Source of the DNA: Octopus sinensis
Taxonomy: Eukaryota
Length of the DNA: 56,633 bases
Direction of reading: 5' to 3'
Assembly (NCBI RefSeq): GCF_006345805.1
Contig: NW_021833683.1
Span: 1-56,633 of the forward strand
Each line of letters begins with the position of its first letter. Within the stretch, counting starts at the first letter, position 1. The position numbers and the translations under genes were made by a program. The notes under the pieces are model-generated. The model saw only the letters and a program-made list of their open reading frames with translations. It was not told the origin of the DNA and did not search any database. Positions 23,573-35,268 of this stretch are shown here, piece by piece.

Positions 23573-23837
23573 GTTGTTTTTCCTTCTCGAGCCACGGCTG
23601 GCTCATAGGGCCGGTTTCCCGGTTTTCTTGGCGTATAGGTTCCCCACCTGGACGGAGAAAGAGTGAGAGAAAGTTGTGGCGAAAGAGTCAGCAGAAGTTC
23701 GCCATCATCCTCTGTCGGAGCCGCGTGGAGCTAAGGTGTTTCGCTCATAAACACACACATTGCCCGGTCTGAGATTTGAACCCTCGATCCCTCGACCGCG
23801 AGTCCACTGCTCTAACCACTAGGTCATGTGCCTCCAT
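23573..23837 (-). mobile_element. Family C2 SINE with 12-bp TSD, adjacent to a family B SINE (~23380-23566)
   Basis: TSD CGCCTTAATAAT at 23561-23572 and 23838-23849. Confidence 0.8.
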
Positions 23838-24080
23838 CGCCTTAATAATAATGATAATAATCTGGAACGTATTTTTCTCCTGCGAGGTGTGGAATCATTA
23901 ACGTTGAATGCTATGTTGTCATTTATTTAAAATGACGCTTTCAGCTGTAGGAAAACCCACTCACAACTGAAAGAGAAGTCATTACAGAAAATATACACCT
24001 GCTCGTATACACCTGCTCGTATATTTGCTAAACAACAAAATGGAAACGTAAAGATAAGTATTGCATTTTTCTTTTTTTTT

Positions 24081-24496
24081 TACTTTTTAATTGTTTCAGT
24101 CATTTGACTGCGGTCATGCTGGAGCACCACCTTTTAGTCGAAACGATTACTCTTCGTAATCCTGGTACTTATTCTATCAAGCTCTTTTGCCGAACCTCTA
24201 AGTTACTAGGGCGTAAATGCACCAGTTAAGTGACGGTGCGGGGGAGCAACACGGACGCACATATACATATATCGTCATATATATATATATATATATAGAT
24301 AGATAGATAGATAGATACACGACGATATATATACGACGGGCTTCTTTCAGTTTTTGCCTACCAAATCCACTCGCAGGGCTTTGATCGGCCCGAGGCTGTA
24401 GTAGAAGACACTTGCCCAAGGCGCTGCGCAGGGGGACTGAACCCGAAACCATCTGGTTGGGAAGCAAGCTTCTTACCACCCAGCCATTCCTGCGCC
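24081..24496 (-). mobile_element. Family A SINE
   Basis: Same family motifs as the other copies. Confidence 0.85.
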
Positions 24497-25094
24497 TACA
24501 TAATTGTTAATTACGGAAGTATAATTGTAACGTTATTCTATCTTCTGTCATGACTGCGGACCAACTGTCAGTTACGTGCGAAGTACGTTATGTGATGGTT
24601 ATGTACTGTGATTTAGTAAGAAAATAATGCGAGGTTACCAATAAACTTAAGCCCTGCGGTTTGTTTGGGTAAAACTGACATTTCTATCTGCCAGTATCTA
24701 TTTAATAATACCTAAGCTGGAGATAAATAATAACTACAAATTGCTGCAAAATTCTTCGGGGCGAGGATCTGCATGTGAAATAGAAAGTCGGTATATCTTA
24801 TCTATGTAATATAGTAAGTTGTATGACTTCGATTCACTGAGAGTATCAACACAGTTTAAAGACAAGATATTCCTCCGGGGGTGGAATAAGGGAGAAAAAA
24901 ATCCCCATTGAAACTTGGGAAAATGTAGGAAAGGAATTATGAATATTTGGTCAATATGCTAACTGATAAATGTGGCGGACACGTTTAAATATATTTCTAT
25001 TTCAAAGAAACAGATTGTTTTCCAGTTGGAAAGACAAACCGTAATCAATAGAGAAGCAGAGGCACTTTGATGACACTGAAGTAGAATACTTTTT

Positions 25095-25753
25095 GCACTT
25101 GTTTCAGTCATTGACTGTGGCCATGTTGGAGCAACGCCGAGAAGAATTTCAGTCGAACGATTTTACCCCAAGCACATATTTTTTTAAAGACTGGTACTCA
25201 TTACATCAGTTTCGTTTTCTGCCGAAATGCAAAGTTACAGGGACATAAACATGCCAACACCGGTTGTCAAGCGGTGCTGGGGGACGAAGAGATACAAATA
25301 CACACACACACACACACTCGCATATATTTATACATATATATACGACGGGATTCTTTCAGTTTTCATTTACCAAATCCACTCACAAGGTTTTGGTCGACTC
25401 GTGGCCAGAGAAGTCATTTGCTCAAGGTTCCACGCAGTGGGAATCCTGAATCGTGTGGTTGGGAAGCAAACTTCTTATTTCTTTATTGCCCACAAGGGGA
25501 TAAACATTGAGAGGACAAATAAGGACAGACAAAGGGATTAAGTCCATTACATTGAGTCCAGTGCGTAACTGGTATTTAATTTATCGTCCCCGAAAGAATG
25601 AAAGGCAAAGTTGATCTCGGCGGAATTTGAACTCAGAACGTAACGGTAGACGAAATACCACTAAGCATTTCGCCCGGCGTGCTAACGTTTCTGCCAGTTC
25701 GCCGCCTTATACAATGCATGGTCAGAAGCAAACTTCTTACTACACAGCCACAT
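25095..25753 (-). mobile_element. Family A SINE interrupted by a family B SINE (~25478-25707)
   Basis: 15-bp duplication GAAGCAAACTTCTTA at 25463-25477 and 25725-25739. Confidence 0.8.
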
Positions 25754-26230
25754 AGTAAGGGGAGTGAACATAGCCTATGTTCACTCCCGTACACCATTTT
25801 CTACATTTTCAACCCTTTTCCCCTGTTACTCATCACTCATTCGTTCCCTCTTATCAAGCTCATTGTATTGTACCATTGGTACCACTATGAATGAAAGTGA
25901 CTCTTTCTCTCTCTTCCGTTTACCTCACATACTCTTTTTCCCTTACATTTGGTACTCATCTACTGTTCACCACGCATCGCATTCTTTCACAAATACCCAG
26001 TACTCATCTCTCAATTACTCCCTGCATTTCTTTTCTATTTCTTTTTTTTTTTTGCTGTATAACGAATGTGATACTCAATCCTTATTGAATTTAATAAACT
26101 GAATGACCTCATAGACTATTTAGTCTCCGCCACTGTGTTGCTGTTTTTAATCATTCTCTCTGCATTCCCTCTATTTTCTTACGTACACTGACTACTGCTG
26201 TGTCCATTCAACTGAATACAATATACTTCA

Positions 26231-26260
26231 CTGAAGAGGTATAATAAAACCGAAACCGTC
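26231..26260 (+). ncRNA. Hammerhead core with degenerate helix I at the end of a C/T-rich Penelope-like 3' region (~25770-26320)
   Basis: CUGAAGA-GGU(AUAAUAAA)ACC-GAAA-CC-GUC. Confidence 0.5.
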
Positions 26261-26962
26261 AATTACTTTCAACAATTGACTTCCGAGTCCAGATCCGCTC
26301 CCATACTGTATTTTCTATACTTTTCCAAATGAAAGTATATTAACTTTATTGAAATTATCTCCCTTGGTTAGATACACATCGAGGAAGTTTTTATTTACAA
26401 ATGCATGGATACTTTCATGATTTTTCAACCCACTGTATATTACAAGCGTGAGCCGATACCAAATTTCTAATGAGTGATATTATTCCATTTGCAGGATAAA
26501 GATTTTCTCCGTCATTAGAGATCAGAGTTTTAAAGTTAACAAAAACTAGATCGCAGGTGTAGTGGTTGGAATGTTGCCATTAATCCTTAGAATTGTATAT
26601 GACGCCATTTCAGCTGTTAGTTAATAAAGCTCCACAGAGATAGCTAATTAAAACGAGAGAAGAGACAAGGAAACAGAGAGAGTGAGTGAGATTGGTTTGT
26701 GAGTTTGAGAGAGGGGGTGATTTAATCTTCCCTTCAACCTGCCCACAGTAAGAAAGTTGGAGTAACAGAATAGGAGCCAACTTTAATAAGAATATAAAAG
26801 TATTTATGCTTCTAGACATTGAAGTCTACTTACTTTGTTCAGACTTCTGCTCACTAATATGTGTGGATGTATATGTATGTATACTTATATATCTACCCGC
26901 ATAATTACCGACATATATACATAGAGCATACATACACACACGCACACACACACACACACATA

Positions 26963-28667
26963 TCTCTATATATAAAAAACTGAGAATGTATGTCTGTCTG
27001 TCTGTGTGTTTCCCTAAAACTTGAGAATTACACAACCAATTTCATTCAAATTTTACACATGTCTTACTTAGGGTCCGGGGAGTGTCATCGGCAAAAAAGT
27101 TTTTAACTTTTTGCCTAGGGCGAGCCCACAGCAATATCATATCTTCTCCACTATGATTCCCTAAAACTTGAGAACTACACAACCAATTTCATTCAAATTT
27201 TACACATGCCTTACTTAGGGTCCATGTAGTTTCATGGGCAAAAAAATGCTCAACTTCTTGCCTAGGGTGAGCCCATAGCAATATCATATCTTCTCCACTA
27301 TTTCAGTATTGCGTGTTAAAAGTGAAACAAAAACATCTCTCTATTTTATGTCAGATACTTTCACTTTAACAATAAAAATTAGAGATAATAATAACAATTG
27401 AATTATTAAAATCAAACTAAAGTATAATATAATGATTAAATCGTAACATAACAATTCAAAGTAAAAATAGCAATTGCTATAAAATTGCATCAGTGACTTG
27501 AACTTGAATAAGTGGTTTCAGATGAATGGGAATAAATAAAAAATATTATTTAAGTGCAGAAATGGAATAGTCCAGATGGAGCTGTGCACATACCCTTTAC
27601 CACGGCTTTTATATTAGATTATCTGCTAATTAGCTAGCATTAAGTATCTATATAAAGTTTGGCAGTATGTAATGTCTGTTTTCTCGAACAGATGCTTCTA
27701 CTGAGTACTGCTGTTGGTTTATTTCTGATCCATAAAGGACTATAGCCTCAACTGAGTACTGCTTTATGATTCACCGTAAGTTTTATTATTATTATTACTG
27801 TTTAACTATTGTCATCACGTTTGTTGGTTCCTCGTAAGGGAAGCGTTGTTGTGTTGTATTTATTAAATAATTGTAAACCGTAACCCTCCCCCTTTGGGAG
27901 AAGGGGCTTTGGTTATTGTTTAAAAATTGAATTGTGTCCCTGTTTGGGGAAATTGACAATATTTTCACCGTTTATACGGAAGCATTTTTGTTAAAATGTC
28001 TTCGATAGAAGAAAGTCCAAAAATGAATTTCGCTGCAGCCGTCGCTGGGCGCGAACTCATTAAAATTAAAATGGAAGAAATACAAACCTATTTCGGATTG
28101 ATCACCGACAATGACGGTGAATCTAGGATAACACCACCAAACGAAATTAAAGAAAAGACTATTGTCTATAAAGTATACAATGTAGAGAAAAAACGATTTG
28201 AACACCTGGAGGAAAGCACCATTGAAAAGTGTCTTGGTGCGACTATGAGAGATATCAAGTATCTAACTAGAGGCGGTAAATTTGCTACAAGGTTCGAGTC
28301 AACGGAGCGTGCAAGGGAGTACTCGACTCGAACCTTGCAAAGTGAAAATATATTACTTTTGCCTTTATATCTGGGACGTAGGACGTCCCGGATAAAAATT
28401 TAAAATGTTCTCCCAGAAGTAGAGGTAGGCTGGATTGTAGCCACACTTCTATACAATTGATCGAAATTACAAGAGACGGGCCTACAATTCCAGTCTGTTA
28501 TATAATTTGAGTATTGTTATCACTAGCGATATCAAGATATAACTTTATATTTTGTATTTTATGTGTAGATGTATACATATAGATGTTCATGTAATATGTA
28601 CACTTATATATACACGTATATACATGCACTAGCTCTATGACCCGGCAACGCCGGGTCGTAATGCTAG
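26963..28667 (+). mobile_element. Helitron-like element (possibly composite) containing a 147-bp tandem duplication and a LINE 5' fragment
   Basis: A|TC 5' end with (CTGT)n; duplication 27010-27156 / 27157-27301; hairpin GACCCGG(CAACG)CCGGGTC then CTAG|T at 28664-28667. Confidence 0.55.
27996..28460 (+). pseudogene. N-terminal fragment of an L1/Tx1-like ORF1
   Basis: 135-aa ORF ending LLPLYLGRRTSRIKI*, continuing in frame as NVLPEV; resembles the P.Y.GRR..V.I.NVP region of Tx1-type ORF1. Confidence 0.55.
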
Positions 28668-28719
28668 TATATTAGTATATATATATTACAAGCACATATT
28701 CACGTAACCTTCGCTAATA

Positions 28720-28957
28720 TATGTACATATGTATGTACGTATATATATGTATGTATGTATGTATGTATCTATCTACATATCTATCTCTCTCTCTATATAT
28801 AATATATAATATATACATATATATATATGTGTATGTATATATATATATATATATACACACACACAACACACACACATATATATATATATATGTATATATA
28901 TATTGTTATATATATATATATATATATCTATATATATATATATATATAATATATATG

Positions 28958-28994
<37 letters not shown>

Positions 28995-29161
28995 CATATA
29001 TATATTATATATATATTTATATGTATATATATATATGTATATATATATATGTATATATAATATAGATATATATATATATATAATATAATATATATATATA
29101 TATATGTATAATATATATATATATGTATATATATATGTATATCTATATATATGTATATATA

Positions 29162-29222
<61 letters not shown>
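28720..29222. repeat. ~500-bp degenerate (TA)n low-complexity tract
   Basis: Direct reading of the sequence. Confidence 0.95.
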
Positions 29223-29225
<3 letters not shown>

Positions 29226-29439
29226 CGCCCGCGTAAATGCGTGCATGTTGAATGTGTGTGTGTATACATGATGACTCTTTCTTTGTGTTCGAAGATCACG
29301 AGGAAGAGTACGACACTCTCAAATGATTATATATAGCTTTTCTTGGCATTGCAGGGATTTTCTCTTTGTATGCGCTTTGTAGTTTTTAAGTGAAGGTCAC
29401 TCCGCGTAGTTTGCTGTCATTCTTGTCTTATAGAGTAAA

Positions 29440-30054
29440 CGCGGTATGATCAATAAGTATTCGGACTGTTGCCATAGAAACGAAGCTATAACATGCAGAG
29501 TAAAGCCACTTGGTAAAGATTGGTCTTGAACTCTGCTGTGTATGCGCACTAAGTTTTAACGTTCTAGCTCTCTTCCGCTGTTTACAGCAGTGCTTGGAAG
29601 GAACGTGTGTAGCGTGTGTTCGTCGTATTGACCTTGATAGAGAAAGTTGTCATGGCGATAAATGCTCAGAGGCCGACGCAAAGTTGCAGAAAGTGTATGT
29701 AGAAGAGTGTATGAGCTGCACACAAGTGTACGAGTGGTTAAGACGTTTCCAAGATGGCCGAAAAAATGTCGATATTGACAAACCTTCTGGGAGACTCGCA
29801 ACCAGCAGAATTGAGGAAAATATCGGAGATAGTTGTGAGGCTGTGTTCTTGAGCAAAACACTTCATTTCAGATTGGTCCAGTCCAGTCAGCTGGTACATC
29901 TTGCAATGGACCAGCTTCTGATCATGAGGGAACGTTGGCCTGCTCGCCTAGCCAGCAAGGTGACATCATATCCATAGCAAAGCACATTGTGACCAGCAGT
30001 GTATAATAACAACCAATCGTCTGGTTGATCAGGTGATCATGTTATTTACATAGT

Positions 30055-30087
<33 letters not shown>

Positions 30088-30816
30088 TGTGTGTGTGTGT
30101 GTGTGTGTGTATTCATATATGTTTGTTTACTCTGTAAGACAATACACGTAGGAGACCACACCAATGTAAAAACCTGGTCATCGAAGATGTTTTAGCCCCC
30201 TGCACCATCGTGGTCAGACCTCCAATTCTCAAGAATAACATCAAGCTTCTCGGAGTGACTTTCACTTTAAAACAACAAAGCGCATCCAAGATGAAAAATC
30301 CCTGCAACGCCAAGAAAAGCTTTATACAATCATTTGAGGATGTGACACCATCCGTGAGTTATCAGAGGATGTGCAGATTAGTTAGGGTTCAGTTCAATCC
30401 ATTATCACAGAAGATTTGGGTATGAGATACGTGTCTGCCAACTTTGTGCCAAAACTGCTTTCAGCTGACCAAAAATACACTCATGTTTCGGCTGCACAAG
30501 ATGTGCTTGATTGTGTTGAGAACGATGAAAAAGTTTTGAAGACTTTACATAGGACTCTGAGCAGGTACCGCCAAACTTTTGGCAAATTTTGATGCAGATT
30601 CTCTGCTCAACTTTCTCTGTCATAATCAATACGACGATCACACGCTACACACCTTCCTTTGAAGCACTACTGTAAACAGTGGAAGTGAGCTATAACGTTG
30701 AAACTTAGTGCGCATGAACAGCAGAGTTAAAGGTCAATCTTTGCAAACGGCCTCATTCAGCGTGCTTTAGCTTCGTTACTATGACAACAGTCCGGATAAT
30801 TATTGATCAGACCACG
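29440..30816. mobile_element. Second copy of the two-5'-end mariner derivative, interrupted by a SINE, a microsatellite and another repeat fragment
   Basis: Same arms and the same internal junction (GAGAACG.TGA.AA.TTTTGAA.ACTTT.CATAGG) as 15887-16698. Confidence 0.8.
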
Positions 30817-31257
30817 CATATATATGTCTGTGTGTGTATGTATGTATGTATGTATGTATGTATGTATATTGTATGTATCTATATATACAGATACACCATA
30901 GAAATATATATATATTTCGATAGATATCTGCCTGTGTGAATATGTGCGTGGGTGTGGGTTGAGGGCGTGAGGTTAGTAAAATATTCATCGTTTGAAACGG
31001 AAAGTACGCAGATCATTTCACTAGAATCAGATTTGTATTGCACTAATTATATGGTTAATCTGACTTAATCAATGTTATCACCTCACTGTGTGTTACATAT
31101 GTAAGACTGTCCAGCATATTTGTAATGAATATTATCACTTCATTAACAGAATTTAAATTAGCTTCACCATTATCGACCGGGTTTATTGAAGTTAATAGAC
31201 AGTAAATCGCAAGTGTAATGACCAGATTTTTGTATATGATTTTCTTTCGTGCAATAT

Positions 31258-31723
31258 CTGTTTCTTTATTGCCCACAAGGGGCTAAATATAGAGGGGACA
31301 AACAAGGACAGACAAACGGATTAAGTCGATTACATCGACCCCAGTGCGTAACTGGTACTTAATTTATCGACCCCGAAAGGATGAAAGGCAAAGTCGACCT
31401 CGGCGGAAGAAACTAGTAATGGGAGATGAAATAACTAGCTCAAGTCGAGAGAGAGAGAGAAGTAGAGAGAGGCACATACACATGGAGAAGCCAGAGAGGA
31501 AGATAAAGATATACTTTACTTTTACTTGTTTCAGTAATTTGACTGTGGCCATACTGGAGCACCACCTTTTGTCCAGCAGATCGACCCCTGAACTATTTCT
31601 TTGTAAGCCTAGTACTTATTCTATCGATCTCTTTTGCCGAACCGCTAAGTTACGGGAACGCAAACACACCAGCATCGGTTGTCAAGCGATGTTGAGGGGA
31701 CAAACAAACATATATACACATAC

Positions 31724-31754
<31 letters not shown>

Positions 31755-31914
31755 TACATATATACCACGAGCTTCTTTCAGTTTCCGTCTACCAAATCCA
31801 CTCACAAGGCTTTGGTCGGCCCGAGGCTATAGTAGAAGACACTTGCCTAAGGTGCCACGCAATGGTACTGAGCCCGGAACCATGTGGTTGGTAAGCAAGC
31901 TACTTACCACACAG
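31258..31914 (-). mobile_element. Truncated family B SINE (~31258-31408) and a family A SINE (~31518-31914)
   Basis: Family motifs as above. Confidence 0.85.
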
Positions 31915-32012
31915 GAGGTGCAATGTTTCTTAAATCCTAGACCCACACTTCTCCGACAAGAGACATCAAGTAACAGAGTATTATCCGATGTTAAGAACAA
32001 TATAACAATATA

Positions 32013-32640
32013 CAAGGTGTCCCTCAAAATGGGTCCACAATAGTCAGACTATGCTCTGAGTGAAAGAAATTTTTCGTAAAGTGCTAGCTGATATTTGAAA
32101 ATGTAGAGATTGTTTACGAGTGAGTTTTAAACGGATTCATCTATGCGACTTATCACTCGAATTAGAAATAAGTTTGAAGCAGATGGAACCGATCAGAATT
32201 TCTATAAGAAATGGTTCGGGAAACAGCTGACATCGACGAAACCCGACAAAGCAAAAGGGGGTTCTAGAAACATATTGCCAGAGTTCGAAATTTTCCACGC
32301 AAAAAATTATATTCCAAGAATGGTCCATTCACTGGATCGAAGAGTGGCGATTTATGAAGAATACGCACACTCACCAACGTACAGAGGACCTGAGAAACCA
32401 CATGTTAACGAAGGCCATATTAACTTACCGTGAGTTACAGGATGATGCGAGTTATCATCAACGTAAGTAATTGCACCTTTCCATTTTTAACGATTCTGTG
32501 ACTGACCCCATTCGTTTTAAATTCCTGCAATAATCTATCATGCTAAGTATTCAAGAAAACTTGGAAAATGTCGAGTTTTAATTCGAGCAAGATGGGAACA
32601 CCAACACTACCATAGAAATATAAATACATGCCTTACGCTT
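32013..32640 (+). pseudogene. Decayed Tc1-like transposase 5' part
   Basis: TA-CAAGGTGTCCC end. ITRIRNKFEADGT resembles the Tc1-like N-terminal HTH region, and an EQDG remnant resembles QDGAP. Confidence 0.65.
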
Positions 32641-32674
32641 ACTTTTCTTTATCTGACGATATGTATGTATATAT

Positions 32675-33125
32675 ACTTCCTAACCACATGGTTTCACGTT
32701 CAATCCCACTGAGTGGCACTTTGGGCAAGTGTCTTGTACTATAGCCTCAGGTCAACCAAAGCGTTTTAAGTGGATTTGGTAGAAAGAAAGAAGCCATTAG
32801 TATATGTGCGTGCGTGTGTGTGTGCGAGTGTGTGTGTATGTGTGTATGTGTGTATAAGAGAGAGAGAGAGAGTATGCATACGTGTGTGTGTGTGTGTCTT
32901 TGTGTTTGTGTTTATCCTCCACCACCTCTTGACAACCGGTGTTGATGTGTTTAAGTTCCTGTAACTTAGCGGTTAGGCAAAAAATGACAATAGAATAAGT
33001 CCTAGGCTTACAAAAAGATAAGTACCGGGGGTTCGTTTAATTCGACTAAAAGATTCTTCGATGCGGTGCCCCAGCATGGCCGCAGTCTACTGACTGAAAC
33101 AAGTAACAGATAAAAGAAAGAAGAA
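32675..33125 (+). mobile_element. Family A SINE
   Basis: Family motifs as above. Confidence 0.8.
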
Positions 33126-33302
33126 AAAAGATGTATGTGTGTGTGTGTGTGTGTGTGTGCGCACGCGCACTGTACCATCTATTACTTATGCAAGGCCCAT
33201 AACTGTTAAATTAAACGTTTATTTCAATAAATTAGTCAGACAAGAAGTAACCACAGCCTTTGCAGCACTGTCCATCGTTTCACAAGTATGGTGAAGATAG
33301 AG

Positions 33303-33341
<39 letters not shown>

Positions 33342-33692
33342 CGACTAGGTTTCAAACAGTTTCCGTCTGCCAAATTCACTCTTAAGGCATTGCTCTGCTT
33401 GGGGCTATAATAGAAGACACTTGCTCCAAGGTGTCGCAGAGTGGGATTGAACATGAAACCACGTGGTTGTAAAGCAAACATCTTAATCATGCAACTACGC
33501 CAGCGCCTACTTTTCAATTAAATTACATAAACAAGCTAATACTCCTGCCACCTTTTCCATGATGCTGCCCGTGTTTCAGCGACGAGGTCAAACAAAGCCG
33601 AAGTATATCTGAAGTTGTCTCCCTTATTTACCGGTATAATTCAAATACTATTAATCATTCACTACTATCTTCATTTCATCAACCTAGAATTA

Positions 33693-34060
33693 CAGTGTGT
33701 CCATAAAGTCTGGGTTCATTGGCTATATCCCAAATATTCTTGTGGAATATGTCCCTCGCTCACCAGATATTAGTCCCCTAGGCTTCTTCTTTTTCTCGGG
33801 TATTATGGAGGAAGTGTACCCAATAAAAATCACTAATATGAATCATGTGAAGGAATGCATCATGAATGAATGTGTTCAGATTGACAGAAATCCAGGTTAA
33901 CTGCATCGGGTTGGCGTGACTCTCGCAAAACGCGTCAAACTTTGCATCACCTAATGGTGGAAACTATGTTCAACCCGTAATTCATTTATGTACTACAATA
34001 AAACCGTTGAAAATATGCATTTTCGCCAATATATATTCAATCATTACTGTCATCATGTAT
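33693..34060 (+). mobile_element. Tc1-like deleted element relic
   Basis: TA-CAGTGTGTCCATAAAG end. PRSPDISPLGFF...EEVY resembles the PRSPDLTPLDFFLWG..K..VY motif. No right TIR found. Confidence 0.65.
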
Positions 34061-34964
34061 TTCTAAAATGGTTTCTGTTGCTAAACGGCATTAAATGTTT
34101 ACGCTAACATGATTGATTTTACTGTAGCATGCTTCAGATGCAAATAATTTTATTATTCTTGATGGCATGAACTGATAGGGTTTGCAATAGAAGACAACAT
34201 AATATAGCAGGAGCATCAAGGCGACGAGTTGATGGAATAGTAATCATATTTCGTCCCACTGTACGTTCTGAGTTCGAATCCCGCCAAGGTCGACGTTGCC
34301 TTTTGTTCTTCTGGAGTCGATAAAATATGTGCCAATTGAACACTGGGAGGGGGAGTCGATGTAATCGACTTGTGCCCTTCCCTGTAATGCTAGCCTTGTG
34401 CTAAAATTTGAAGTCGACCCCCACCTCTCTCTCTCTTTCCTCTCACGTTCCCCCCTCAGACATGTACACGAATTACAGTATACATTATTTCTTTTATTCT
34501 TTTAATGGTTTGAATCAATAGACGGTAACCATACTGGGGCATCGCCTCAACTCTTTCGTTGGCCATATTGACCCCATAAGTCTAGTACCAATTTTCTAAA
34601 ATCTGTTTGTCAAACCTCTAAGTTATAGAACACAAACTTAAGTACAGACCACACACACACACACACACACACATATTTTGTGTTTGTAGAATTGTTATTT
34701 TTTTTATTTGAATTTAACCCGCAAAGAATTAGCTTGCTGTTATGCAAGACAAGGATCTCATTCATCGGAATTTTGACAATAACCCCCGTGTTACGTGATA
34801 TGACGAAATTTTGAAAAAGCACGGATCTTTCACTGTTTGTTTACAAATTAACGTTACTGAAAACATATCAGCTGATATTAATTTTGCCTCCAAAAACACC
34901 AAAAGGCCAATTTTGAAAAAATATCATTGCTTGAATATGTAGTAATGCTATCAAATGGTCGAAT

Positions 34965-35268
34965 ACTGGTAATCCGTCGGTTACGACGACGAGGGTTCCA
35001 GTTGATCCGAACAGCGAAAACAGACTGCTCGTGAAATTAACACATAAGTAGCTGAGTACTCCTCTGACATGCATACTCTTAACGTGACTCAGTGTGACAC
35101 AACGTGGCAACACTGGACTCACTTAAATTACAGGTACAACTCATTTTTACCAGTTGAATGAACTATTGGAGCAATGTGAAATAAAGTGTTTTGCTCAAGG
35201 ACATACGTTCACCGAAAATCGAACTCACGACTGTGAGCAGAATACCGCTAATCCCTAATCACTGAGCG
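34965..35268 (-). mobile_element. tRNA-headed SINE family D (CORE-like segment)
   Basis: Minus strand GTGAGTTCGATT..GTCCTTGAGCAAAACACTTTATTTCAC; homologous to 52925-53262. Confidence 0.65.

Noticed and set aside
29298-29323. ACGAGGA-AGAGT(ACGAC)ACTCT-CAAA
   Set aside because: Both core halves are mismatched, so it is too degenerate to call a ribozyme.
29337-30320. Inverted ~90-bp match (29337-29425 vs ~30232-30320) suggesting an inversion
   Set aside because: The copies are quite diverged and look like independent insertions of a common repeat; no breakpoint evidence.
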